From the NCBI RefSeq assembly GCF_030144855.1, contig NC_082714.1, positions 94,240,001 through 94,304,000 on the forward strand: a stretch of DNA of 64,000 nt, written 5' to 3'. Made by a program: the position numbers and the translations under genes. This document shows positions 1 to 12,747 of this stretch, piece after piece. Position 1 is the first letter of the stretch; each line of letters begins with the position of its first letter. A model generated the notes under the pieces. It was not told where the DNA came from. It saw only the letters and a program-made list of their open reading frames with translations, and ran no database searches. Source of the stretch: Hypanus sabinus (lineage: Eukaryota).

Positions 1-2334
1 GTTGCGATCCCTCGCAACACGTTTCGGGAAAGGATGGCGGAACAGCATCTTTTAGTGCCTGTTTCTTCTGTTCTGGGGTCGCTGTAGAAAGATCGTAAAG
101 CAGTTAAATGCATGGAAGAATTAAAACGCATCAGGTTGACACCTTTCCTAGATGTCCAATGATAAATTTATTTTCCGAATCAATAATGCCACTGCAGATT
201 TATTTTTCATTACACCAAATTAAGCATATCAGCTGCAATGCAAATAATTTTTTCTTAGTCTCAAACCATTCACCCCCACTGGAGTGCAGAACGCCGACAG
301 ATCCTTCCTCTCCCATTGATAGGGTCTTTGGATCTTCCCTTGGCGTTTCTAAAGCTCTAGGGTTTACGGGTGGGGGATGCGAGCCCCATGCCCAAATCTT
401 TTCTTTTGCAGCCCGGCTTGGGACCAACCATGGCGGAGTATTCAGTCTAAAATTCTTGTTACTGCGTCGGAAGTCGTACTCGGCATAAACGTTTAAATTG
501 GCAGTGGAAAGGTGACTTTCTCCAAGTAAAATATGCCGTTTGGTAGCGATAGAAGGCAGCCATACAGGGGATGTAATCGGCAAACCAGGTTCAATGGCGC
601 AGGTACCTGAGTTTCCCTTTCCTTATCACCTCTTAAGCCCCTGGAAACGAATTCGTAATACTTAAGGACGTTATATGGCGCACTTTCTATTGACATCACT
701 GAAACAGAGTAATAATGGCAGAAGGGTATTGCGAATTCTCAAAAAGAAAGAATTCCTTTTACTTCCCCAAAAGCGGTCATGGGATTGATGTCCAATATAT
801 ATGGAGACATAAGGTGAATATTGAATGCAGGGCTTCCACCGTTAAACGCGACATCAGTCACACGCTCCGTGGATGCCCTTTTGGAATTGCCGTCGGATTG
901 CTGATATCCGATGAATTACTATTTTTGCTGATATTTTATAAATTATAATGAGGTTTTCAGAAACCAGCCGTAATTTCCAGAAATCGCATGGAAAAGTGAA
1001 GTGTATTCCTCAGACAATGCCGTGCATACAAGTCAGGCTGTTCATTCAGTAGACCCTCTAAAGCAGCAGTCTTGGACCCTGCAGTTCTTACCAGCGAAGA
1101 ACAGAAGAGGTTCAAACCTGCTGGAGTCTGCTTCCCTTCAATCACACTCCGCCTGTCTAGTAACTTAACTCGTTTTCCCTGATAACTTTACAAAACCACA
1201 TCTGAAAACGTGACATCTCCCATCCTTGAGATAAAACAAACACCCGGCCCTGCATAAATTAAAAGAAAACAACCGTTATGAGCAATGAATCACAGAAACA
1301 AATCACTGTGACTGACTGTCCGACTGCATATAACATTTTGCATTTCACAGCACTGACTTCTGGTCACCGTGACATAATCAGAAACACAGGAATTCTAAAG
1401 ATACTGTAGATCCAGAGGGAAAACACACACGCATTCGCAAACACATTTACACACACACAATGCTGGAAGAATTCAACAGGCCAGGCATAAACAATGAAAA
1501 AGAACAGGATCAACGTTTCCGATCGGGTCCCATCATCAAGTCCCCTAATGTGTCTTGGCCCGAAACGACGATTCTATTCATTTCGAGAGTTTCTGCTTGA
1601 CCTGCTGAGTTTGTCCAGCTGATTGTATGTGTCGCCGCAGTTTCAAATTAACTGGGATTATATATTAAATGGAAAAGAAGAGTAGTTAAAGGCAGGGAGC
1701 AAAGATTAAAAAACAATTGTGAAATTTCATTATCAGTGTGGTCCTGAAGCAGACTCTCTGTCCGAAACGTCGACTGTTTATTAATTTCCATAGATGTTGC
1801 CTGGCCTCCTGATTTCCTCCAACATTCTGTTTGTATTGCGTTGGATTCCAAGCATCTACAGAATTTATTCTGTTTAAATATTGCTGCTGTGCAGATCTCT
1901 GATGTGTCCTCAGCTCTTTATAATCCATTCAAATATCAGGCATATTCTCAGGGGTTATGTATCAAGTATAATGTATCCAGAGTTGCTGACGTTACAAAAT
2001 TGGGCAGAGAGGTAATTGGGAAATTAATTTATCCATGAAAATATATCAATCCGTAATGAGAGGAAAATTTGGTATTGTATGGATAACTATAAGATGCCTG
2101 ACTGCATAATGCAGATGCAGAACTGGCCTTTCGGATAGATGAAGTCTCTTTCATGGCCTACGTGTTTGTGCACCTACTCTTCGTATCTACTTTTGTTAAC
2201 TCTTGTGCTTTCTGTTTCATCTTCTCAAGATTATTTTGATTGGCACGGGTTTTCAGCGTACTGATATTATTCGAGGCGGAATCCTCACTGGCACTTATGC
2301 TGATGTTCAGGCTTTTCGAGAATGATTCCTCTCA

Positions 2335-5300
2335 AGTCGTCACTTTATTGTCATTTCAACCATAACTGCTGGTACAGTACATAATTAAAATGAGACAACA
2401 TTTTTCAGGACCATGGAGTTACATGACACAGTACAGAAACTAGACTGAACTACGTAAAAAAAATAAAAACACAGAGAAAGCTACACTAGTCTATAGACCT
2501 ACACTGGACTGCATAAAGTGCCCCAAAACAGTGCAGGCATTTCAATAGATAATAAACAGGACAATAGGGCAAGATGTTAGTCCAGGCTTCGGGTATTGAG
2601 GAGTCTGATAGCTTGGGGGAAGAAACTGTTACATAGTCTGGTCGTGAGAGCCCGAATGCTTCAGAGCCTTTTCCCAGGCGGTAGGAGGGAGAAGAGATTG
2701 TACGAGGGGTGCATGGGGTCCTTCATAATGCTGGTTCCTTTGCGGATGCAGCGTGTAGTGTAAATGACCGTGATGGCGGGAAGAGAGACCTCGATGATCT
2801 TCTCAGCTGAATTCACTATCCGCTGCAGGGTCTAACGATCCGAGATGGTGCAATTTCCGAACCAGGCAATCATGCAGCTGCTCAGGATGCTCTCAATCCA
2901 ACCCTTTTAGAATGTGATAAAGATGGGGGGGGGGGGGAATGGGAGATGGACTTTTCTCAGCCTTCGGAAAAAGTAGAGACGCTGCTGGGCTTTCTTTTCT
3001 ATGGAACAGATGTTGAGGGACCAGGTGAGATTCCTCGTCAGGGGAACACCAAGAAATTTGGTGTTTTTTACAATCTCTACCGAGGAGCCGTCGATGTTCA
3101 GCGGGGAGTAGTCGCTCCGTGTCCTCCTGAAGTCAACAACTATCTCTTTTTTTTTTGTTCACATTAAGAGACAGGTTGTTGGCTCTGCACCAGTCCGTTA
3201 GCCGCTGCAACTCCTCTCTGTAAGCCGACTCGTCGTTCATGCTGATGAGACCCACCACGGTCATGTCATCGGTGAAGTTGATGATATGGTTCGAGCTGTG
3301 TGTTGCAGCACGGTCGTGGGTCAGCAGAGTGAACAGCGGTGGACTGAGCACACAGCCCTGGGGAGCTCTGGGTTCAGTGTGATGGTGTTGGAGATGCCGC
3401 GGCCAATATGGACTGACTGAGGTCTCCCAGTCAGGAAGTCTAGGATCCAGTTGCAGAAGGAGGTGTCCAGGCCTACTAGGCTCAGCTTTCGAATCATTTT
3501 CTGACGGATGATGTGTTAAATGCTGAACTGAAATCTATGAAAAGGATCCGAACGTATGTGTGTCACGGTCCGGTCCGGAACACCGTTCCGGGTTTTGATC
3601 CGGTCCGAGGGATCCGGACTCCGGGTCCTGCAGTTGTCCCTCCTGTCACCCGTGATCTAGTTAGGAGCCTCCTGGTTTAAGAAGGCCCACCTGTAACTCA
3701 TTAAGCTGCAGGTGTTTATAAGGGGCCTTGGGAATGGGACCAGGCGGGTGCACGTTTTGTTCTGCTTCGTGTTTCTCCGCCAGCTCCAAACTCGTCTCTT
3801 CACTCTGTTATTCTGCCCGGGTTCAGACCTATTCTTCATCATGCTTCTCTGCCCGTACCAGTTCTGCCACGTTGGTCCGCTCTCCCACCTTTCTTCCCAT
3901 GCGCTGGTCCGGCTTCTCCGCTCGGTTTTATTTTTCGCGCGGTCGTGCTGTCTGCCGGCCGTTTACGAATTTCCCGTTGTCATGGCTGTTGTGTTGGTCA
4001 ACCTGGAGCTATGCCCGTTCCTACCCCTTGCCCCTGTCGGGCACGTCTGGCCGACCGGCCTCGGCCCGGCAGTGGTTCTGCCTGCTCCTATCCCTTGCCT
4101 CTGTCGGGTGTCTTTGGCCGACCTGCCGTGGCCCGGCGGAGGTTCTGCCCCCTCCTTCTCTTCCGCGCAAACCCTGGGACAGTGCCCCGTTCCCGCTTCG
4201 GGGTCTGCGTCGTGCCCAGGCCTCCGTTGTTTCCGCCTGGGAGGCGGCCCAAAGCGGGACATATGCGGCCCGCCAAGGGAAGGCTCTCTTCTGCCCCGTC
4301 CTCCTCTTCTGCCCGAACTCTGGGATAGTGCCCCACACCTGCCTAGGGGTCCGCGTCGTGCCCAGGCCTCCGGTGTTTCCGCCTGGGAGGCGCCCCTCCC
4401 CGTGATACATGCGGCCCGCCCAGGGAGGGCTCTCTGTCAGCCTATCGCCACCTAGACCTGTCTGTCTGCCTGCCTGCCTGAACCCCGGGAGCCTGCCTGC
4501 CTGACTGGAACTTCGGGAAACCGCTCCGTTCCGCCTGATGGAACACGGGGACATGCCCGCCTGAACTCCGAGGACCTGCCTGCCCGCCTGAACCGCGGGA
4601 ACCTGTCTACCTGAACTCGAGCTTCGGGAGCCCGCTCCTCTCTGCCTGCCTGAAGTTCGGGAGCCGGTCCCCTCTGCCTGCCTGACTGAACTCGGGGACC
4701 TATCTACCTGCCTGCCTGAACCCTGAACGCCGGGGACCTGTCTGCCTACCTGCCTGAAGCCCGGGGACCTGTCTGTCAGCCTGCCTGAACACCTGGGATC
4801 TGTCTGCCAGCCTGCCTGAACACCGGGGACCTGTCTGCCTGAACCCGGGGACTTGTCTGCCTGACTGCCTGGATCCCGGGAGCCTGCTTACCTGACTTCG
4901 AACTTCGGGAGCCGCTCCGCTCCGCCTACCTGAACTGCGGGAGCCGCTCCGCAGGCCTCCCTGAACTTCGGGATCCGCTCCGCTCCGCAGGCCTCCCGGA
5001 ACTTCGGGATCCGCTCCGCTCCGCTTGCCTGAAGTCTATCTGCCTGAACCCTAGCTACCCTTAAGTGCCATGGCATCCCCATCCTGTCCTCCCCCTAGTA
5101 CTTCAGTGCCTGCGTCCTTCGTTTGGGTCCATCCGGCCCCACCTGACAATGTGTCTTTTTTGTCCAGGTGTGTTAGGGCTAAGTGGAGCCTCCTGTGGTG
5201 CTCGGACAAGCCATTAATGTTCTGTTGGAATTACTATAAATGAAATCTGTTTCTGTCTCTACGTGAGAGTCTGTAGATACTCCGCACCTGGGTTCTGTCG

Positions 5301-5400
5301 TTTCTCAGCGCATACAGTTGCAGTTAGATCCTTAGCCGCGAATGAACTCAGCGGAGTTTCAACAGCCGCCTGGACGATGGTTAGTTCGAGGCGAGCATCC
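2335..5400 (-). mobile_element. Rex1/Babar-like non-LTR retrotransposon 3' part, interrupted by a solo LTR
   Basis: RT segment SSNHIINFTDDMTVVGLISMNDESAYREELQRLTDWCRANNLSLNVNK (3133-3351). The sequence resumes after 5153. Outer ends are approximate. Confidence 0.75.
3561..5148 (+). mobile_element. Solo LTR (TGTCA...TGACA) with internal GC-rich minisatellite
   Basis: 5-bp TSD ATGTG at 3556-3560 and 5149-5153. CCTGCCTGAAC-type repeats at ~4445-5050. Related copies at 44.5-46.7 kb. Confidence 0.85.
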
Positions 5401-6212
5401 CGTATATTCTCAGTGCTGGTGTCGAGGCTCTGTTAAGTGTTTTCCTGCGCCTCCCACTGACATACACGTTTCCGAGAAACATTCCATGTTCCCGAATTAT
5501 ATGCTATGATACAGATTTTACCAGACCTGTCTGAGAGCATCAGGTCTGTTTCGAGTTTGCCAGTTCGGTCCTGAGAAATCAGTTCTGTCTCGAGCTTACC
5601 AGCACTTTTTTGAGAGCATCATGTCTGTCTCAAATTCACAAGCGATGTCTCGATTAACCTAGGGCTCCTCCGGACGTCAGGTGCCAGCTTCAGGAAATTA
5701 TGTACTGCTATGAGCCATACGGGGCTGTGAATGATTATCTGTTAATTGCTGTTTCATCTGGAGTCATTCAGCCATTTTACTTTCTGTTTAATCTTGTCAA
5801 GTTTATTTTGACTGAGACGGATTTTCTGTGTACTATAATTATTTAAAGTAGACTCCACATTGACACTTATTGCGATGCCCTGGTGTGTCAAAAAAGTTTC
5901 GACTCGCTGTTGCCCAGTGAAGCCACTGATGTTCTTGTTGGAATTCCTATCTAAACTGTCTCGATATGGGAGTCTGTGGTTCATACGCACGTGGATTCTC
6001 TCTTTTGTCAGCGCGCGTCGTGACAGTTTCATAGATGGGGCTCCTTGCTTAGTGAGGTCAAATTCGAGACAATTAGAAGGATAATGAATGGAAGTAATTG
6101 AATGAGTATACAGGTCTGGAACTCTCTTATTGAAACGCCCTTGGTGCTGAAACTCTTCCTAAGGTGCAGCGTGCAGTTTTCTTTTCCCAGGATTGAATTA
6201 TTCCATCAACAT

Positions 6213-7036
6213 TGTTACGTATTCAGGTAACAATAAATATATGAGTTAGGCAAGGGTTTTTATAACAAACAACACCTTTATTAAACACTGAAAACAAACC
6301 CCCCAAATGTAAACAAACACTAACTTAACCGGAAATCAGCTGCTGTGCGGCAGCTTAAACAGTTCTTAAAGCGATGTTGCAAAAACAGTTCTTTTAAGTA
6401 GTATTGCCAAAAGTTCTGAAATGCTCACAGTCCATTTTAAATGGGGAGACTTTATAAGACGATTTAAATTCTCTTTCACGTCGTTTTGCTTCGATCCCCG
6501 ACGTCGAACTTTTCCCACGAAGAATTTACGAAACGAAACGAAACGGCTTAAAGGCATTGACCTTCCCTTTATCACACTGTCCTCAATCTTCTGCTATCCT
6601 GCAGAGATTAACACGAGGACAGTCAACGAATTCCTTCCGAATAAGGATTAAATAAGGTCGAACCGGTTTCGCCGTCGAAATAGATTCTCCTCGATCTTTA
6701 ACTCCCGAATTCCGATCTTCACTCTCCACTGATTCTCAAACTAGCAGTATTGTAAAGAACCTGCTGGCAATGACCTTTTAAACTTTAGGCATTAGATAAA
6801 ACTTCATCCTTCAACTAAACTGCGTCATCACATTAAATTACGCAGTGGCATGAAGTCAACGTGGCAAATCCAGCCACGAACTGCCCCTCCTCACAGGGTG
6901 GGGTCTTCCTTTTATAACTTGTAAAAAAAAACCTGTCACATGATCCACCATCACAAGACCATTACCTCAAGTCCAGTATAGCTTCAACGCCAGTCACGTG
7001 ACAAGCGTACCACAGTCATGTCACGAGTACGTAACA
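6213..7036. mobile_element. Solo LTR-like element, 824 bp
   Basis: Termini TGTTACGTA...TACGTAACA and a 4-bp TSD ACAT on both sides. Confidence 0.8.
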
Positions 7037-7735
7037 ACATGACTAAATGCTCGCAAAAATGCCGGATTTAAGTCCGGTATTTTCAGGGCGTATTTCAAAA
7101 TCACAGATTGATTGACAGTTCTCAGCAAAAGAGTAATAAAAGTTACTGGGGAGGGGGGGTGGGCTGCAATTGAGATCTATGGGTGCTCGAAGTTCTGCTG
7201 GTGAGCATGTGGTGACGATAGAGAAGTATGAAGAACCGGACGCGGTCCTAACCTGACAAAGCAGCGTCAGCAACGCAAATTAGAGTTACATTTGCATTTC
7301 GATGGCGCCTATCAGAATTTCAGCAGCACAACATAACCTTTACACCAATTAATTCATTGACGTAGTCATTCTTGTGCTATGTTAAGCAGGGTATTCATGT
7401 GCCTAACCAGAGGATCTATTTTGCTAAGGGTTTTGTGGGATCACTGTTAACACTGTTCACAATGCTCCACTTTCGTTAAAGGTTGAGTGCAACTGAGTGA
7501 TTTAGGAATTATAGTTTTCCACATTGCATAAGTACACTCAGTAGCCACTTATTTTGTAAACCATTTCTCCCCTATTATTAATGTAAATGTCTAATCAGTC
7601 AATCTAGTCAATCAAGCAACAACACAATGTATTAAAGTACGCATACATAGTCAAGAGGTTCAGTTTTTGTTTAGACCACACAGCTGAATGGAGAAGAAAT
7701 GAGCTTTATGTGGATCTGACCGGAATGATTGGTGG

Positions 7736-8398
7736 TGTCATGGGCTGGTCTGGTCAGTATGCATTCCGGTTTATGGTCCTGTCCGTGGACTCCGGACTCC
7801 CAGTCTTTCGACTGTCAGTTGGCCTTAATCATATGTATCTAATTCTCATTCTTGGGGCTGGGAACATAAGTGGCCCTGGCATCCAGTGTAAGTGCTGGTT
7901 GGTCTCGTCGGTATCCTGTCCTCGCCTCCGTGGGGTAAGTCAGATCGTCTTTGCCGTTACCCTGAGCTTGGATCTGTCTCTTCATGTCCTTGCGTCCGTT
8001 GGGTAAGGCCGGACGTCTTTGCCGTTACACTGAGGCTGGACTGTTCCCTTCCCATCCCCTTCTTCCTGTAGCCCTTGCCTGAGGCCTCGCCTGCTACATT
8101 TTGCGCAGAGTCTCGCCTGCGTCCTTGCCTATTCTCGCCGTCAAGTTCTACTGCCGGAACAAGACTGGAGCCTTGCTGTGCCTAGATAAGGAACCGTCCT
8201 TCGATGTTAGGAACTGTCTCTTTGTGTCCTCGCCTTCGCTGCGTAGGACCGGCCGTTTGCCGCTACCTTGTGTTGGGAACCGTCTCGTCGTGTTCAGCTT
8301 TTGTGTATGAGACCCGGCCCTATGTCCTGTTACCAAGGAGGGCTCTCGGCTCTGAGTTCCGCATCACTGTCTCCCAGGACCAAGAGTTGACGTGGACA
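7736..8398 (+). mobile_element. Degraded solo-LTR-like element
   Basis: Starts TGTCATGG...GGACTCCGGACTCC, similar to the LTR family at 3561. No clean TSD. Confidence 0.45.
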
Positions 8399-8399
8399 G

Positions 8400-8730
8400 G
8401 CTTTTTCCATTGAAAGTAGGAGAAATTCAAACAAGAGGACATGAGTTGAGACTTGGGGGGGGGGCAAAAGTTCAAGGGTAACATGAGGGTGAATTTCTTA
8501 ACTCAGAGAGTGGTAGCCGTGCGGAATGAGCTTCCATTAGAACTGGTAGAGGTAGGTTCGGTATTGACATTTAAAGCAAAATTGGATCGGTATATGGACA
8601 GGAAAGGAATGGAGGGTAATATGGGCTGAGTGCGGATCAGTGGGATGAGGTGACAGTAAGTGTTCGGCACGGGCTAAAAGGGCCGAGATGGCCTGTTTCC
8701 GTGCTGTAATTGTTATATGGTTATATGGTA
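8400..8730 (+). mobile_element. CR1 LINE 3' end fragment
   Basis: CR1 terminal sequence ending in a ggttatatggttatatggt microsatellite tail. Confidence 0.7.
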
Positions 8731-10199
8731 AAATGGGCGGTGGTTTAATATTCAGATGTAAGAGATTAAGACGAAAATAAGGAGCAGTTTTTTGTTCACT
8801 GTAAGAGTGGTGCTTATGTGGAAGAAGCTGCCAGATATTGTGATCGACAAGGGTATGTAATGCGTTGTAAGGTTTCACTGCTAATGTAATGTCCTCCCTG
8901 TAATGATCCACTGCTAAGATGATGTTTTTTTTTCCTGTAATACCAATGTTAGCGTTATGACGAGAGATAACAGGGGCTTTGTATCCAGTGTGAGGCATGC
9001 GTTCTTTCTTGTGGGTCTGGGCGCAGGGTATTCGCAGACTTATGTCGGGAAGAGATGAAGAGAGAAAACGCGAATGTAGAGAGCTGGTAAACCGCCGGAC
9101 GAAGTGGTCTTGGAGCGAGGTCGTCTACGCTTGGAGGTGGTCGACGGGGATCGAATAGACAGAAACGTGAGCTCCAACGTGCGTATTAGACTGTTTCATG
9201 TGAATGGGCTCATTTTTGTTTCTTCCATTGCTAGCTATATATTCAAATTAAGAATTATAAAGCTCAATCGTTTGATCGCATATTATGTACTGTTTGTTAT
9301 TTCGTGATACTGATTTATAACAGGGGAACACATCTGGCAGCATCCACCTAAACAAGATTTCTTACACTTGGACGAGCTGGGAGCTGTCTTCCCCAAGAAT
9401 AAGCTAATAGCCGAACCGAGGGTTGCATGCATATTTAGAAAATCTAAAGGCCATCTATCAAAGCAGAAGGATAGGAGAAGTTTAGAGATCTATGCTTCAA
9501 ACAGGGGCAAATGGAACTAACTCGCTGGCAACACAGTGCACAAGGAGGAATTGTGCCGAAAAGTCTGTTTCTGGGCTGTGTGACATTACGACGTCTTCTG
9601 AAAAAGACACTGAAATTGTTTCTGGAGACCGAGTACCAGCAACGACAGATTCGAGACAGGGAACAAAGGAGTTTTGTTCAAGCGGTTGTTGTGGTCAGGA
9701 ACTAAAGCCTGAAAGCTCTGGAATATTTTTAATAAGTACGGCATTGAACAAGACAACACAGGAGCATGCTCTTCGGCCCACAATGTTTTCGCCGAATACA
9801 GTGATGAATTAAACTAATTCTCGACTGCCTGAAGGTTGTTCATGTACTGTCATATATTTTTTTTATGTCAAACAGACTCTTAAACGCCGCTGTCATAAAC
9901 ACAAGAGGTTCTTCATATGCTGAAAATCCTAAGTAACATACACAAAATGCTAGACGAAGTCAGCAGGAAAGACAGTATCTGTGGGCATGTATAATTACAC
10001 ATTGTCTGATTGTTTCCCCCCATATATGCCACCTTACCTTCTGAGTTCCCCAGCATTTTTGCATGCTATTCTTAAACGTCATTATCGTATTTGTATCCAG
10101 AATCTCCCCAGACAGCCCATACAAGGTACCCATCACTTCATTTGTAAAAATAGCTATGCGATATATCTCATTTAAGCTTAAATCCTCAAGCATCAGATA

Positions 10200-12450
10200 T
10201 TGCCATCCTACGTTGCGTCATGACTCAGATTCCCACTATCTTTCAAGTTTTGAGCGGGTCGTCTTTGACCCTCAGACTTTCTAGAAAAAACGAATAAAAT
10301 ATTCATTCTCTCCATATGGCTCATGCCATCTAATCCAGGGAGAATCCTGGCAAACTGTCTCTGCACCCTTTCCAAAGTCTCCGCATCCTGACTGTAATGG
10401 GGCGCCCAGAACTGCACACAATAGCAGCTTAACTAAACTTTAATGCAGCTGCATCATGTCACCCCGACTTATATTCTCAATGCTCCGACTAATAAAGGCA
10501 CGAATTTCATATGCATTAATTACTACATGTGTGGCTGTTTTCAAAGAGCTGTGGACTTCGATCCATAGCTGTACACTCAAGATTTTAAGTGACCTAACAT
10601 TGGCAGTATAGTTTCCCCTTATATTTGACCACTTCCGTTCCTGCAGTGTAAAACCTCAAATGTTTGCCCGGAGTAAATCTATCCCCAACACAAGAGATTC
10701 TGCAGATGCTGGAAACACACACATCAAATTATGGAAGTATTCAGCAGACATACACGAACTGCTGGAGAAGCACAGCAGGCAAGACACATCCATGGAAGAG
10801 AGAACAGTCGACTTTTCGAGCCAAGAACTTTCGGCAAGGTCCTGCACATGTGTTTATACGTGCATATGACGAGCTGTGCGATCAGAATAATAGACCCAAT
10901 TAGTACAGTCGTGTACTCAATATAATTGGTTCATTATTGTGCCGATAAACAGTAAAATTTTATCTTATTTTACGGCTCATCTATACAGATCATTTTATCA
11001 CATCAATACAACTCCTATTGATCGCTGGCTACTCCCTTAATAACTTTCTCCTCCCTCTACTCTCATCACCGTCCTGTTAACCTGCGTACCCAGCTTTTGT
11101 TTAACTTTAATTTCTATGTAACTAAACTGAAGGAATCCTGAGAGGAAGGGAGGCGCGGTGCCCACTGTGCCGTCTTCAGGCGAAAAGTTAAACTGACGAC
11201 TATCTATCCTTTGCCACTCCACTGAAAACAAGAGAAAGTGATCCATCCAAACAAGTCAGCTTTACATAGCGGATTTCTGAAAGCTTTCTGTATACATATT
11301 GGTCGATGCCTTTTCAACGTTGCAACGTTGATTACAAAACGACTCCGTTGTGTTGGGAAAGGCACGCAGGAGGCGTGGGACATGATGGAAGCGTGAGTTT
11401 GTCAGTGATAAAACTCGTTGGGAAGGGAGTTCATAAGCTCCCTTCAAATGGATTTTCCTGACTTTCCTTCGTCACTGATTCGATCTTCAGACCATGAGAG
11501 AGCTGAATTAGACTGTTAGGCCCAGAAACTCTTACACCATTCCATCATGGCAGATTTATTTTCCTTCTCAAACCCATTTTCTGCCTTCTCTCCATAACCT
11601 TTAAAACCCTTCCGAGTCAACAACCCATAAATATTATCTTAGTCTCCACAGCCGACTGCGGCAAATAGATTCCAAAGATCCATCACCCTCTGGCTAAAGA
11701 AATTCTGCCTGATTTCTGTTCTAAAAGGACATCCCTCTATTCTGAGGCTGCGCCCTCTGGTCTAGCCTACCCCATGCTTCGAAACATCCACTCTATTCAG
11801 GCCTTACAATATTAGGCAGGTTTCAATAAGATTTCCCCTTATTGTTCTAAACTCCAGTGAGAATACAAGCCCAAATTTGTCAACGCTCCTCATAAATTAA
11901 TTCATTCATTCCTGGAATTATACTCGTGACCTTCCGCCAATGCTAGCACATTCTTTCATCATGGGTGCTCAAATCTTCTCACAGTACTCCTGGTGATGTT
12001 TGACCAAAGCGTTACAAAGCCTCAGTATTGCATCCTTGCATTTTATATTTTAATGATGGCCACTAGCTTCGGCGTAGGCTCCACCTCGCCCGGTTCCAAC
12101 ATAAATAACGTCAGCTGGAAACGTTTGTCCACCCACCCTATCTGAATCTTTTAACTTTAAAATTAACTTCGACGAGGTCGCCTCCTCGAAAATCCACTCA
12201 CTTTACTTCCGTGCAGAAAGGTTTCCTGGCATCATTAGGCTTTGCTGGTATATCTAATCAGACTCCTGCCCACAGTCTCACACTCTAGGCTGAACATTGC
12301 GTAATGTACTCCAAGTGTGATCTGACTAACGCTTGTAGACGTGTAGTTCTATGTGCTAACAAACCACATTCTATCTGCATGTACTTGGCCCCGCGTAAAC
12401 AGGAAACCCGCAGCGCGCCTCTGCCTGTTTCCAATACAATCGAACATTTA
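10200..12450 (-). mobile_element. Interspersed CR1 3' fragments (about 10200-10620 and 11480-12450) plus other short repeats
   Basis: QFWAPHYSQDAETLERVQRQFARILPGL is the CR1 RT C-terminus, and a CR1 3'UTR-like sequence is present. Confidence 0.65.
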
Positions 12451-12747
12451 TTCGTAAGCATTGCATTTGTTTTTCATCAGTTACAAAGGATTTCACCCCT
12501 CCCTTGTATCGACCTTACAAAGCGATGAGCTCGCACCTGCGATTATCATGTAGAGCTAAACTTGGTCACGAAAAATGAGATGCTTCGCATTTCTTTGAGC
12601 TCTCTTTGCTGCTGCAAGATTAGCATGACGTTGTAAGTCGAGCTTGGGCAGCGAATTCACAAGACATTCAGAAGAAATTTGGTAGAAAAAATAGGGAGTT
12701 TCTAATACTAGAGGACATACATTTTCTGGAGAAAGGGGGTAATTTGA

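Noticed and set aside
3712-4554. Multiple long overlapping ORFs (up to 247 aa) on both strands
   Set aside because: They lie inside a GC-rich solo LTR with TSD. They are low-complexity Pro/Arg/Leu frames with no domain motifs.
4445-5050. Repeat array superficially like a CRISPR
   Set aside because: Vertebrate DNA. These are degenerate tandem units without unique spacers, inside an LTR.
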